Virus record (IMG/VR): IMGVR_UViG_3300008266_000018
Location: 1-64,000 of that record
Length of the DNA stretch: 64,000 nt
Reading direction: 5' to 3' (one strand)
From: a virus
This document shows, piece after piece, positions 19,772 to 30,688 of this stretch (its first letter is position 1; each line of letters opens with the position of its first letter). The notes under the pieces are model-generated. The model made no database searches. It was not told the origin of the DNA and saw nothing but the letters and a program-made list of their open reading frames with translations. The translations under genes were made by a program, and so were the position numbers.

Positions 19772-22567
19772 ATGGCGACAGCAGCTTCATCTACAAATAC
19801 AAATATAGAGAAAATTGGATCTATAAAGGTTCTTTCTTCCACCAGCCCGACTGCTAGTGAAAAAAGTGGGCTTATTTTTGGAGGATATGGTTATTCTTCT
19901 GATGTACAGGCTAATAATGGAGATGGGTATTCTATATCTATTAAGGTTATTAGTAAAGATGGTAAATATAAAATATCTTCTACAGATTTAAACGTCAAGA
20001 AAGATGGAGCTAAAAATATAATTGTTGGAAACTTTACTTTTTATGATTTTTATTTAGTGTCTTATTCTATTGATAAAGAAGTTGAAAATTCTATATTAAC
20101 TTTAACTTATAAAGATAAATCTATATTTATGGATAAAGTTTTTATAGGTTTGTTTACTCATCATTATGGTAATGCTTTTGATACAAATGGTAAATTTGTG
20201 CAAAAGCCGGGGATTTTAAATTCTGAAGAAACTGTCGCAACTTTTAAATATAAATGTGATGATTCATCAACTGGTATTAAAAATGCCTTTTTAAGAAGAT
20301 ATTTAAATAGAGTTCAAACTATCAACGCTTCAAAAACTTTGTTGAATAAAAATTTAATTAAATTTCCTGCTTCTTTACCAAGCTTTCTTTCTTCTGACGC
20401 TTTTTTTAGTCGGTATTATTATAATACAAATGGAGTAAATGGTGGTTTTATTATTTTAGGAAGAGAAGAAATAAATGAAGAAAATTGCTCTCTTCCAGAG
20501 GTTAGTTATTGTTTTAAAGATTTGACATCAGCTTTAGCTTATTCTGATATTCCTGGAATAGTAGATTTTAATCTAGGCGATGATAATGAAATATATAGAA
20601 TTTTAAGAAGAAAGTACTTTGGGTCTTTAAGAAGTGTGTTAGATCAATGGGGTGGTGATTTTGGTTTTAAATTTTACTATCAACCAAAAATAGATTTTTA
20701 TAGTAAAAATTATGGAACTCCTAATATTGCTCCAGTAAAAGTAACTATTAATGAAGGAATTAAATTAATTAATCTTACTTCTACTTCTACAACTTTAAAG
20801 AATTTAAATTCTGTTTTTAATGATTTGGATATTCAGAAAGTAGTTGAAAATTTATCTGAAACAGCAACACTTGAAGGAACTAGAAAAACAAATGTCGTTA
20901 CGCCGATAAGAAGAGAGGCTAGAAGCTTTACTTCTTCATCATCTACTGTAGTAAATAATACCGCGCAAGTTTTGACATTAGATTTTCTGCCGTATTTTTA
21001 TGGAAATAATCCAGCTAGTGATGCTACGGTTATAGGAGGAACTTTATCTCTTTATGATCCAGCGCTAAGAGATATATATCATCTTTCTAAAGGAAATATT
21101 TTAGCAATGGGAATGCAATATGTTTATCCGATATTAGCTGATTCAAATATTGTTTCTCGTTTAGACTTTTTATTATTATTTGGTCCCGGTCTTGGAGATT
21201 CTCCTTCAGCAATATTAGATGATTACGTCGTTTATTTAGGTATTTACGATGAAGCAAAGCATAATTTAATTAAAGAATGGGAAAAAGCCGTAATGAGTGA
21301 TTATTATGGAAAATATTATATGCTTCCAAATGCTAATAAAGATTCATCTTATTGTGATGGCGCGACTTCTTATTCTATTACATATTCTACAGTTCCTCAA
21401 TCTGAATCTTATATAGCGAATGAGCTTCCTTTTGCAAATTTATTATTTGGAAACTTTGGAGACAATACAGCTTCAGAACAAAGTAAACGCTTTCCTGAAA
21501 ATTTTGGAGGAAGAAAATATAATCCTATTTTTAAAGCAGAAAATCCATTTGATGCTAATAACGAATCAAATTATAAAACTTTTTCAGAAAGCATTCTTGA
21601 TTATGAATCAAGCAAAGCGATGAGAGTAATTAATCTTAAAGAAGATCCAAGAGCTAAAATGGCTTTGTTTAATTGTTTCGCTGCTGGGTCTGATAATAAG
21701 ACGCTTGACAATTTAATTACATTTATAGAGCAAAACAACGCTTCTCTGATTATATGTAAAAAATTTAAATCTGCTGGAGTTTATGAAGCAAATAAAACAG
21801 CTATAGCTGATATTACAATTTCAAACGCAACTTCTGTAAACTCATCAGTAAGATTAAGGGGTCAATCTGGAGAATCAACTGGAGATTTATCTACTTGCAA
21901 AACTTTTTGCGAGCAAACTTTAGCTGAAGCGATTTGTGGAGATACTACTTCAATAAATGCATCTAAACAAGCTGATACTGGATTTACTCAAAATTTTGCT
22001 AGAGAGGTGACTATTACATCTACTCTTATAGGTGGATTGACTAAAACTTGCTCATTAATTCTTCCAGCTACAAGTAATTATAGATATTGTGAAACTAGAG
22101 ATAATAATAATACTATTACATTAGCGGGAGCGTCTTATGTAATTGGATCTCCTCCAATTTATGAGGGAGTAGATAATGTAATGTCTTATGAAGTTATAGA
22201 TAATGTTGTTCCAGAAATATTAGCTCAATCAACTACTTCTACTGGCGTAATAGATCAAGTGGTTACGTTTGATGAAACTGGAAAAAATCAACGCGTTTTA
22301 TCCGCTAAAGATTATCACGATAGAGTTAGTAAAAATTTAAATAACTCTGTTCCTGATGCTTTTGAGCAAAAAAAAGTATCTTTAACTTCTACTTATATTC
22401 CACATCAGTTGGTTAGTTATATTTTTAGCAGTCCAATTTTAAATTCTATTAACTTTTCTTTTAACGAGTCTGGATTTAATACTACTTTAGATTTCTCTAG
22501 TAGGCCAAAACAACCGAAACAAAAAGACTCTTTATTCTTAACTGAAAGATTTTTAAGAAAGCTTTAA
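19772..22567 (+). CDS. Putative baseplate hub/tail protein
   Basis: GSLRSVLDQWGGDFGFKFYY hub-like motif; C-terminal SINFSFNESGFNTTLDF strand pair. Confidence 0.55.
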   Translation: MATAASSTNTNIEKIGSIKVLSSTSPTASEKSGLIFGGYGYSSDVQANNGDGYSISIKVISKDGKYKISSTDLNVKKDGAKNIIVGNFTFYDFYLVSYSIDKEVENSILTLTYKDKSIFMDKVFIGLFTHHYGNAFDTNGKFVQKPGILNSEETVATFKYKCDDSSTGIKNAFLRRYLNRVQTINASKTLLNKNLIKFPASLPSFLSSDAFFSRYYYNTNGVNGGFIILGREEINEENCSLPEVSYCFKDLTSALAYSDIPGIVDFNLGDDNEIYRILRRKYFGSLRSVLDQWGGDFGFKFYYQPKIDFYSKNYGTPNIAPVKVTINEGIKLINLTSTSTTLKNLNSVFNDLDIQKVVENLSETATLEGTRKTNVVTPIRREARSFTSSSSTVVNNTAQVLTLDFLPYFYGNNPASDATVIGGTLSLYDPALRDIYHLSKGNILAMGMQYVYPILADSNIVSRLDFLLLFGPGLGDSPSAILDDYVVYLGIYDEAKHNLIKEWEKAVMSDYYGKYYMLPNANKDSSYCDGATSYSITYSTVPQSESYIANELPFANLLFGNFGDNTASEQSKRFPENFGGRKYNPIFKAENPFDANNESNYKTFSESILDYESSKAMRVINLKEDPRAKMALFNCFAAGSDNKTLDNLITFIEQNNASLIICKKFKSAGVYEANKTAIADITISNATSVNSSVRLRGQSGESTGDLSTCKTFCEQTLAEAICGDTTSINASKQADTGFTQNFAREVTITSTLIGGLTKTCSLILPATSNYRYCETRDNNNTITLAGASYVIGSPPIYEGVDNVMSYEVIDNVVPEILAQSTTSTGVIDQVVTFDETGKNQRVLSAKDYHDRVSKNLNNSVPDAFEQKKVSLTSTYIPHQLVSYIFSSPILNSINFSFNESGFNTTLDFSSRPKQPKQKDSLFLTERFLRKL

Positions 22568-22568
22568 T

Positions 22569-23252
22569 ATGGTATTTACAGGAATAAATTATAGATCACT
22601 GCCTTCAGCTAAAACTTTTTCTGCTGATTTTATTTTCTCAAATATTTTATATTCTGGAGAATTATATGATGGGGCATTATCTTCTGGAGTTCATTTTGGA
22701 TTTTCAGGAGCTTCAGATAATGTTTCGTTTTTAATGCGTAGCGGCAAAATATATGATCCACAAAATAAAGTCGTTTATAGCTATTCTGATACCGCAGGTT
22801 TTTCTTTGCATTTGGCTTTTAATGATACTAATTATACTTATTCATTTGACGAAGAAGAGTTTTGCACAAATGGAGTTAAAGGTAATTTTGCAATAGATAA
22901 ATTTTTCTTTAATTCAAATGGTCTTACTTGCGATGTAACTGCAAATATTTATGGCCCAGAAATAAATTATTCTATAACTTTTCCTGAAACATATTCATCT
23001 TCTAGTTTGACGGGAACATTTATAAATTCAAGCGCCTTTAATATAAAGATTTTTTCCGCAGAAATTACAACTGGAAATTCTAGTTATTATTCTACTTCTG
23101 GGATAAGCAATATATCTGTTACCGCAAATTCATCTAACAGCATAACTTTAACTGATTTATATAATATTGTAGGAGCGTCTCAAACATTTACTTTAACTTT
23201 ATATACTAATTTTGGCAAAATAAATAAAGTAGTTAATTCTTATAGACTATGA
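22569..23252 (+). CDS. Putative virion structural protein
   Basis: Beta-rich and SG/TG-rich; within the tail operon. Confidence 0.5.
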   Translation: MVFTGINYRSLPSAKTFSADFIFSNILYSGELYDGALSSGVHFGFSGASDNVSFLMRSGKIYDPQNKVVYSYSDTAGFSLHLAFNDTNYTYSFDEEEFCTNGVKGNFAIDKFFFNSNGLTCDVTANIYGPEINYSITFPETYSSSSLTGTFINSSAFNIKIFSAEITTGNSSYYSTSGISNISVTANSSNSITLTDLYNIVGASQTFTLTLYTNFGKINKVVNSYRL

Positions 23253-23788
23253 GTGTAAATAAAAATATAAAAAATGGAGATTTTAGAGAGATTTTTACTT
23301 ATCCTGACCAGAATGATGATAACAAGCCAAAATTATTAAAAGATTTAGTAAATACAGACGCATCAATTAAAAATAAAGTTATTGCTAGTATTTTTTTGAG
23401 ATGCGTAAAATCTAATGTACCTGTTAACGGAGATCCAAAAGCTAATACTGAAACATTTTTAGTTTTAAAACCTAAGTGTTTATGGCTTAAAACTTCAGGA
23501 GGAGCTATAGTTGATGAATCTGGAAATGCAAGAACAAGCATATCAATGTTTCAAGATTATTTAGAATATGAAAAATTTAAAGTTTCTTTTTTACAAAGAC
23601 CTTATACTCCAGAAGAAATTCTTATAGCTCAAGGAGTTAATACAGAAGCTATTGGTGGAGCTAATAATATTAAAGATATTTGGGGGCTAAAGTATGTTTT
23701 TACTTACGATATAAATGAAGCTAATAGAACTAGAAGCGCATCAATTTCTACTTCTGGAAATACAGCTTTAAATTGCGTTTGGTTATAA
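23249..23788 (+). CDS. Hypothetical protein (tail operon)
   Basis: Start overlaps the stop of the previous gene. Confidence 0.6.
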   Translation: MSVNKNIKNGDFREIFTYPDQNDDNKPKLLKDLVNTDASIKNKVIASIFLRCVKSNVPVNGDPKANTETFLVLKPKCLWLKTSGGAIVDESGNARTSISMFQDYLEYEKFKVSFLQRPYTPEEILIAQGVNTEAIGGANNIKDIWGLKYVFTYDINEANRTRSASISTSGNTALNCVWL

Positions 23789-23791
23789 TTT

Positions 23792-26700
23792 ATGACTCCA
23801 GTAACTCAAGCAATAATCCCTCAACTAGATGAAACAATAAAATCTAGTCATTTATATTCTTTTGCGGAAGCTTTTAATACGAGAATTTTAAATGGCGCTG
23901 GAGACTCTCATTGGCGCATTCCTTATTATATATATAGCGCGTATTTTAGAAAGCCTCGTCTTGACGACGATATGTTATACGCTCCAGAAAGCGAATTTTT
24001 TGATTTTTATCAATTCGTTAATCCTGGAAATGGAGATACTTGGCCTGTTGCAAGCCCTCAAACTCCAGAAGGAGCAAATCTTCAAACTAACTTTTTGAAT
24101 AGGTTCATTTTTGGAATGAACTATAATAAGAAAGATCCTTCTTCAGGAGCTTGGCTTTACGAAAGAGAAGATGTAAGAGTCCAAAAAGCTCAAAATCTTT
24201 TAAGATCAAGTGAATCTTATTTATTTAGAGGTAGGACTTTTAATGGATTCACTTCTATTGGAACAGATACTGGAACTGGTTTAGAATATACAGCTTTTGG
24301 ATTAGCTAATGAAATTCATAATTATGGCTATATAAGTGGAAATCCAACAAATCCAGCAGGAAATAGTTATGGAGGATTTTATGGATTAAATCCATTAATT
24401 ACAAAGAAAGATGGATGTGGAGAAGATGCTGAAAAATTTTATCCTTCATCTGTTAGTTCATTAGTTCCAATAGACGGATATCTAGGAACTGAAAAAACTT
24501 TTACTATTTGCAATGAAGGAACATCGGCGGCTTTTGATGCAGCTTTTACAGAATATTCAATAATAAGTAATGGAAATTTAAATAATTTTTTCGCTTTTAA
24601 AATTCAAGGAAATAATTTAATTTCTGCTGAATTGTATCCTAAAAATAGATGGCATTTAACTCAAAATCAATCAACAGTTTTTCTAGGAAGAGAGCAGAAA
24701 AATCACATTTATAGACTTTTATATAATTTTATTACATACGCAAAAGGTTTCGATTTTGATTGGTTTTTTAATAATCAATATTGTTTTGCTCCTGAGATAG
24801 GTTCTTTTTCGAGAATAACAGCCACATATTCTGTTAATAATCCTCAATTATATAATAGAAAAGATTTGATGGACAGTGAAATACAGTTTGATCAAGCTAG
24901 ATTAGTATTAAGAAATAATAAACTGTCTAATTCAAGAAAATTGAATGGAACTTTCACTCAAGCAGGATATGTAGTAACAATAACTTTTACTACGCAACAT
25001 GGATACAATGTTGATGATTGGGTAGATATTTATTTATATTATGCTGGTAGCTCTACTCCATTTCCAAATGATAATTATAATCGTTTTAAAGTAATTTCAA
25101 AAACGGCTCTTTCTTTTAATATTGATATATCTGGAATGATTGGAAGCGTTTCTGGAACTTTTAATGGAAATGCTGAAATAAGAACATTTTTATATATTAC
25201 AGAAGGTATAGATTATAAAACAATACCAAATACTTCTTATATAGAAATTAAAACTCCATCTGATTCAGTTCAGTATAATGGAGTAGATAATTATGTAAAG
25301 CCTTATTTATATAATAATGATTATCTTAGTACTTATGATTTAAAAGAATATCTTTACGAGCTTCGTTCGGTTACTGATGGAGCAGTTTTGAGTAATACAA
25401 TTGATCCAACGACTTCTGATTATGGACAATTAGTTACTGTCCCAAATGGATTTACTTTACAAAGTTTGGAAGTTTTATCTACTAATGTCAAAAAATGTAC
25501 GATTTTTGTGCATTATACAAAAATAACAGTCGTTGATAAATTAAAATTTGAACAGTCTGATGTGAAAGTATTTAATTTTAGCCCTAGTGTAGATAAAGTT
25601 GCATTAGCAATTTCTTCTAATTTATATTTATCTACAGACGCTAATTATACTTGCTTGGTTAGATTTGAAGTTAAAGATATTTCTTATTTTGATGATAATG
25701 TAAATGGTGGGCTTATTTTATATCCAATATTTTTATATACTTATCAACCTAAAATAGAAGATGCTTATGCTTTATTAAGAGCATGTGCTTATTATGGATT
25801 AGAAGACGCTAATTTTGATAATCCTAATCATCCTTTTAAAATTGTAGATGAAAACAATCCCGGCGCGAAATATTTCTCTGATCAATTAAAAAAGTTTGGG
25901 ACTTTAGGTGGCGGAGATATTAGAAATTATTCTATTAATGGCGCTCATGATTCAAATAATGTTGAATTAAATACTAATGCTGTTTTTGAAGCATCAAGAA
26001 GGTTAAGTCTTTTTACTAGAATTTTAGGCCCTAATAACATACAAGCTATAGTTAATGAAAATACTTTAAGATTTGATAGATTTGCTAGGCAAAGTGGGCG
26101 TTTAACTAAATTTAAAGACCAAAAATATTTAGCTACACAAAGTACATTTACTATAGCTTCTAAAAATTTTGAAACTGTTCAACAAAATTTTGCTCAAGGC
26201 CATGATATGGCTTGGTGGGATGCTAATCTTAAATATTTTGCAGATTTATTTTATTCTTTTTATAGTGAAAGCATGTCGCCTTCACCTACAAATGATGCAG
26301 AAATAACATATCCTTACTATACTGGCTTTGATCATTATGTATTTGATGCAATTACTGAATCTAAACTTTATACAAAATTAGATTATGATATAGTTACAAC
26401 TTTAAATTCAAAAGGTATACCTACCCAGATAAACTTAAATACAGTAGAATTTCAACCAGCAGAATTTTTAGTTAATTATGATTCATTTATAGTATCAAGA
26501 CCAAAAAGTTCAATACAGTCGTCTGATAATAATTTTTATAAACAAATTAGCGACACTGGTTATATTTATTATCAATTTGAAGATAAGTATGGCGAAAAAT
26601 ATTTTAGATTTGATAATAGCGGAAATAAAGTTTATCAAGTTAGAAGATTCGATAATTTCACACCTCTTCCTAGTGTTCCTAATGTAATTGGAGTAGGAAA

Positions 26701-29700
26701 ATTTGAAATGCAAGATCTTGATAGCGAAGGGTTTATAACTATAACAAATTCAGACAGATTGTATTATCTAGATGGTCTTTCAATTTTTACATTTAAAAGA
26801 GCGCCAAAAGCTATACAGGAAATTTTTAGTTTAGCAAATCCGGGTCGTTTCTTTTATTTTATAGATAAAAATGGATCTTTTATTTTTAGAGAAACTACTG
26901 CTACTTGGAAGTATAATTATTCAGGTCGTATAGCTGTTAAAGATGGAAATCTAGATAATTCAGAAATGAATCAAAATTATAAATATGATGATTATTCAGC
27001 ATATTATTTAGGTATTATTGGCCCAATTGCTTCAATGTATACATTAGACGTAGAAGAATATATTTTAAATCTTGATACTTTAATGTTATTAGCAAATAAT
27101 ATATATTCAAATTATAATTTAAATAAAATTAGATTAGATACAGGAACAGGAAATCTTGCTTTTGATGAATCGATAAATGCTATAGAGTTTGTAGAATTTA
27201 CTACTTTCACCAAAGAAGATTATAATAAATATTTAGCTGGGCATAAATTATTAATTTCTTATTTTGAAAATCATTTTGGTGATTCTAAACAAGCTTATGA
27301 TACTTCTAAGCCTATTTTAAATAAAAGCGAATCAGTCAGAATAACTGTTTTAAATTCTAGTAACGTTGAAATAGATTTATCTTCGGTTGCTATAGGGTCA
27401 GAATTTGAGCTTCCAACATGGAGTTCATCTTGGAATAATACGGTGCAGTTTAAATTTTATGTAGATGTAAATAATAGAGAGAAAAAAGATATTCTTCCTC
27501 CTAGTGAAATAGTTAATATTCCAATTTATATATCAATTAAAATTTCTATTCCTTATAATACAAATCCTATTTTAGAGCCTTTGATTAGAAATGGAGCAGT
27601 TCTAATTAAAAGAACTGGAAACGCTATTGATACATCACAAGATGCTCCAACTGAAAGAGACGTATTCCAAGGCATTGCTCCTGATATTAATACTACTTTA
27701 AGTGGATCTTTATTAATTGGGCGGCAATATAAAGTTTCTGGCGGCTCTATTTTTCATTCAGGAGTTGAATATACTAATAGTCAATTATTTACCGCTTCAA
27801 ATACTCAGTACACTCCAAGCAGTGGAACTCCAATAATTACTCCTACTAATGGAATTATGGAAATAGCTTTTCCATCTAATTTTAGTAATGAATGGGCTTT
27901 TTGGATAAACTTTTTACCATTTAGTTCGTTTAATTCTTCTATATTTAAAAGAGAAGTGTATGGAGATACAAATAGTCCATTTATTGATAGATGTCATGTT
28001 AATTCTGATTTGCTTCCTAAAAGCGCAGAAAATAAACATATAAATTCTGGATTACCAAGAGCGTATGCTCCAGAAGCTCCACCTTCTTATAGATATCTGC
28101 CATTGATATTGCCTAATCAAATAAATTATGCTTTCCAAAATTTAGCAGTTCCATTGCTTTCCAATGGTTCAAATAAGAATACAATTGGTCGACAATTGCA
28201 AGAAAAATTTTATACTAGTTGTCAAGCTTTTAAAGCTCCATATAAAATAGTTAGAGCTTATATAGATTCGGCGCATCCAGATTCTGTTTTTATACAATTG
28301 AATAGAAAAATAGATGGATATGATGCGTATAATACAGATAGTCAAACTCCAGGAGAAACAGCTAGAACTGATTATAATGGGTTAAAAGATTGGCTATCTG
28401 GAATAAATCCTTCAAGTTTTAGAATTGGAGATGCGTCTATAACTAATGAATTTGGACTTTTTCAATCTACTAGCGTTACTTCTAATCAATATCTTGGCTC
28501 TTATTACCCAAGATTTTTCTTCGTTAAATTAATACCAAGACCTTATTCTGATGGAAACGTTGATGGTCAACTTTCTGATTCTCCTACTAATCATGAAATG
28601 ATTAAACAAGCAGAATTATATTTAGAAGCTATGAGAGAAGGCTTTACGGCTAATTCTCAAGGAGCAACAGGAAGATTAGGATGCGAAAATATTAAAGGTC
28701 ATTTAACTCCTCCAGATTTAAAATATGATCAGCTTTTTATGAATGCGACAAAGTTTTCTGGTATTGGAACGACGGTAAGAGGTTGGTTTGGAAATAAGTA
28801 TCCTTCTTTATTGCCATCTTCACTTAATTTTAATTTAAGAGCGACATCTATTATACAAGGATATAGATTTGGCAAATCTTCAGTAAAAAGATATAAAGAT
28901 AATCCAAGAGGCTTTGGCGCTATTCCTTATGTAGCAACATATCTTGAATCTTATGCTTCAATAGCTAAATCTATTAATTCTTTAATTTATTTTAGAGTTC
29001 CATTTCCATTAGATTACGAAGAAACAATAAGAAGCTATTCGTCTGTAGAAGATTTGCCGGGAACTTTAATACCTCAATCTTTAGGAAATTCAGGTTCTAC
29101 ATTTTCAACTGTATCTGGGCCGACAAGCGTATCAGATATTAAAAATACTGGCATCAAAACATTAGAAGCTACTTATAGTTTAAGGAATTTAAACGGCTCT
29201 TTAAGAGGAAGCAGCGTCAATCAAGGTTACTCTATAACTGGAAATCAAAATTCTACTACTGGACAACTCACAACTAATATAAAAATAGAAAAATATTATC
29301 AAGAAGTCGATCTAAAATTAACTGGAATTGATGTTAATTTAGCAGATACTGCTTACGCTAATATAACAAAACTTTTACCATCTAATCCATCGTCATTTGC
29401 AACAAGAATTATATCTCAAGAATCTACTACAACTAGACAAGCTAAAGCTGATGACGTTTATTATCATGGATCTGGTACTAAATTAGAAGCTCTTACGATA
29501 GGTGATATTTTAAATACTCCTTCAGAAGGAGAATGTATTCCTGGTGTAAGTATGCAGCTTCTGCCTCCACCTTTGCTTTCAAGCCCTTTATTTTATAATT
29601 ATAATATAGTTGGTTCAAATCTTAACGGTCTTTGGACTAGATCTTCTTATAGCTCGTCAAGCCTTGGTATAAGTTTAATAGAAACTGGATTTCAAATAGT

Positions 29701-29740
29701 TAGATTAGAAACTCAATCTCCGCAGGTAATAATAAATTAA
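23792..29740 (+). CDS. Very large putative virion (tail/receptor-binding) protein, 1982 aa
   Basis: At the end of the tail operon; contains a VVTITFTTQHGYNVDDWVDI module of the kind seen in phage tail proteins. Confidence 0.55.
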   Translation: MTPVTQAIIPQLDETIKSSHLYSFAEAFNTRILNGAGDSHWRIPYYIYSAYFRKPRLDDDMLYAPESEFFDFYQFVNPGNGDTWPVASPQTPEGANLQTNFLNRFIFGMNYNKKDPSSGAWLYEREDVRVQKAQNLLRSSESYLFRGRTFNGFTSIGTDTGTGLEYTAFGLANEIHNYGYISGNPTNPAGNSYGGFYGLNPLITKKDGCGEDAEKFYPSSVSSLVPIDGYLGTEKTFTICNEGTSAAFDAAFTEYSIISNGNLNNFFAFKIQGNNLISAELYPKNRWHLTQNQSTVFLGREQKNHIYRLLYNFITYAKGFDFDWFFNNQYCFAPEIGSFSRITATYSVNNPQLYNRKDLMDSEIQFDQARLVLRNNKLSNSRKLNGTFTQAGYVVTITFTTQHGYNVDDWVDIYLYYAGSSTPFPNDNYNRFKVISKTALSFNIDISGMIGSVSGTFNGNAEIRTFLYITEGIDYKTIPNTSYIEIKTPSDSVQYNGVDNYVKPYLYNNDYLSTYDLKEYLYELRSVTDGAVLSNTIDPTTSDYGQLVTVPNGFTLQSLEVLSTNVKKCTIFVHYTKITVVDKLKFEQSDVKVFNFSPSVDKVALAISSNLYLSTDANYTCLVRFEVKDISYFDDNVNGGLILYPIFLYTYQPKIEDAYALLRACAYYGLEDANFDNPNHPFKIVDENNPGAKYFSDQLKKFGTLGGGDIRNYSINGAHDSNNVELNTNAVFEASRRLSLFTRILGPNNIQAIVNENTLRFDRFARQSGRLTKFKDQKYLATQSTFTIASKNFETVQQNFAQGHDMAWWDANLKYFADLFYSFYSESMSPSPTNDAEITYPYYTGFDHYVFDAITESKLYTKLDYDIVTTLNSKGIPTQINLNTVEFQPAEFLVNYDSFIVSRPKSSIQSSDNNFYKQISDTGYIYYQFEDKYGEKYFRFDNSGNKVYQVRRFDNFTPLPSVPNVIGVGKFEMQDLDSEGFITITNSDRLYYLDGLSIFTFKRAPKAIQEIFSLANPGRFFYFIDKNGSFIFRETTATWKYNYSGRIAVKDGNLDNSEMNQNYKYDDYSAYYLGIIGPIASMYTLDVEEYILNLDTLMLLANNIYSNYNLNKIRLDTGTGNLAFDESINAIEFVEFTTFTKEDYNKYLAGHKLLISYFENHFGDSKQAYDTSKPILNKSESVRITVLNSSNVEIDLSSVAIGSEFELPTWSSSWNNTVQFKFYVDVNNREKKDILPPSEIVNIPIYISIKISIPYNTNPILEPLIRNGAVLIKRTGNAIDTSQDAPTERDVFQGIAPDINTTLSGSLLIGRQYKVSGGSIFHSGVEYTNSQLFTASNTQYTPSSGTPIITPTNGIMEIAFPSNFSNEWAFWINFLPFSSFNSSIFKREVYGDTNSPFIDRCHVNSDLLPKSAENKHINSGLPRAYAPEAPPSYRYLPLILPNQINYAFQNLAVPLLSNGSNKNTIGRQLQEKFYTSCQAFKAPYKIVRAYIDSAHPDSVFIQLNRKIDGYDAYNTDSQTPGETARTDYNGLKDWLSGINPSSFRIGDASITNEFGLFQSTSVTSNQYLGSYYPRFFFVKLIPRPYSDGNVDGQLSDSPTNHEMIKQAELYLEAMREGFTANSQGATGRLGCENIKGHLTPPDLKYDQLFMNATKFSGIGTTVRGWFGNKYPSLLPSSLNFNLRATSIIQGYRFGKSSVKRYKDNPRGFGAIPYVATYLESYASIAKSINSLIYFRVPFPLDYEETIRSYSSVEDLPGTLIPQSLGNSGSTFSTVSGPTSVSDIKNTGIKTLEATYSLRNLNGSLRGSSVNQGYSITGNQNSTTGQLTTNIKIEKYYQEVDLKLTGIDVNLADTAYANITKLLPSNPSSFATRIISQESTTTRQAKADDVYYHGSGTKLEALTIGDILNTPSEGECIPGVSMQLLPPPLLSSPLFYNYNIVGSNLNGLWTRSSYSSSSLGISLIETGFQIVRLETQSPQVIIN

Positions 29741-29741
29741 T

Positions 29742-29978
29742 ATGAGTGTATATTTAACTTGGGGAGAAAATCAAACTACTTTTCATAGAGAAGACTTAAT
29801 TAGATATTTAATTAATAAAGATAAAATTGCTACATCTAAATTATGCGGCGAATGTAAAATATTTGATAATCATAAAGAAAAATGCACCCATCCATCGTTT
29901 GGGTGCGAAAGCAATCCCATAAGGTTTAGACCTTGGGAAAGTGAAGCTATATGTCCTAAGAAAATTAAGCCTTCGTAA
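29742..29978 (+). CDS. Small Cys-rich protein
   Basis: CGEC...C...C...C; abuts the upstream gene. Confidence 0.6.
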   Translation: MSVYLTWGENQTTFHREDLIRYLINKDKIATSKLCGECKIFDNHKEKCTHPSFGCESNPIRFRPWESEAICPKKIKPS

Positions 29979-30660
29979 TTCTATCTAGTAACTCAAAAAT
30001 CTTAATCTTTGGAATCTCATATATAGATGTCAAATTTTCGGCATCTGGATAATTCTCTTTAATAAGGCGCTTCTTAACAACTTCAAAAGAGATGTTCTTG
30101 TCTTTCATAACCTTCTCAAGCAGAGATGAAGGTTCAAAGACGTTCTTCTCTTCATCCTTGGACTTGCCAAGCTCTTCCTGAGCAACAATGTTAATCTTTA
30201 AGAAGTTGCGAACGCAGCGGCAGAAAGCGCGATTTTCAGCTATTGGGCCAAGATAGTTCTTGGCGAAATCCTTTGTATTGTATGGAGAAGCGTCTCCAAT
30301 AGCGGAGAAAGTGACTTCTCTACCACCAGTCTCATAATTTGGAATAAATGAGATTGAACATACTGCCGCGACATAATCTTGATTTGGTGCAGAGACTGCA
30401 TAAGATACGTTTGTGTATCCACGAATTTGAGCTAGTTCTTTAATTCCTCCAAGAAGAATAATAAGATCTTTATCTTCTAGCTTTGTTACGTCTGTTTCCT
30501 TTGTGCGCTCTTTGTTGGAGACAAGGAATTCCTTGCGAACCATTGAACGCCAATCGATAGATCCATCTTCATTGAAGCTATATGGAACTGTTGGTTTGGT
30601 TAAGAGACCGTTTTCGTCTCGCTTGAAGTTTTCGATTATCTTTAATTCACTCACGGACAT
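29965..30660 (-). CDS. Rad52/Sak-like single-strand annealing protein (true start possibly the GTG at 30654)
   Basis: V.FSAIGDA...AENRAFCRCVRNFLKI resembles the Rad52-fold SSAP motif. Confidence 0.5.
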   Translation of the reverse strand: MSVSELKIIENFKRDENGLLTKPTVPYSFNEDGSIDWRSMVRKEFLVSNKERTKETDVTKLEDKDLIILLGGIKELAQIRGYTNVSYAVSAPNQDYVAAVCSISFIPNYETGGREVTFSAIGDASPYNTKDFAKNYLGPIAENRAFCRCVRNFLKINIVAQEELGKSKDEEKNVFEPSSLLEKVMKDKNISFEVVKKRLIKENYPDAENLTSIYEIPKIKIFELLDRITKA

Positions 30661-30688
30661 ATCTTATCGTTTACTTGCTGTTTGTCAA
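30661..30688 (-). promoter_or_regulatory. sigma70-type promoter TTGACA-N16-TAAGAT
   Basis: Read on the minus strand. Confidence 0.65.
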
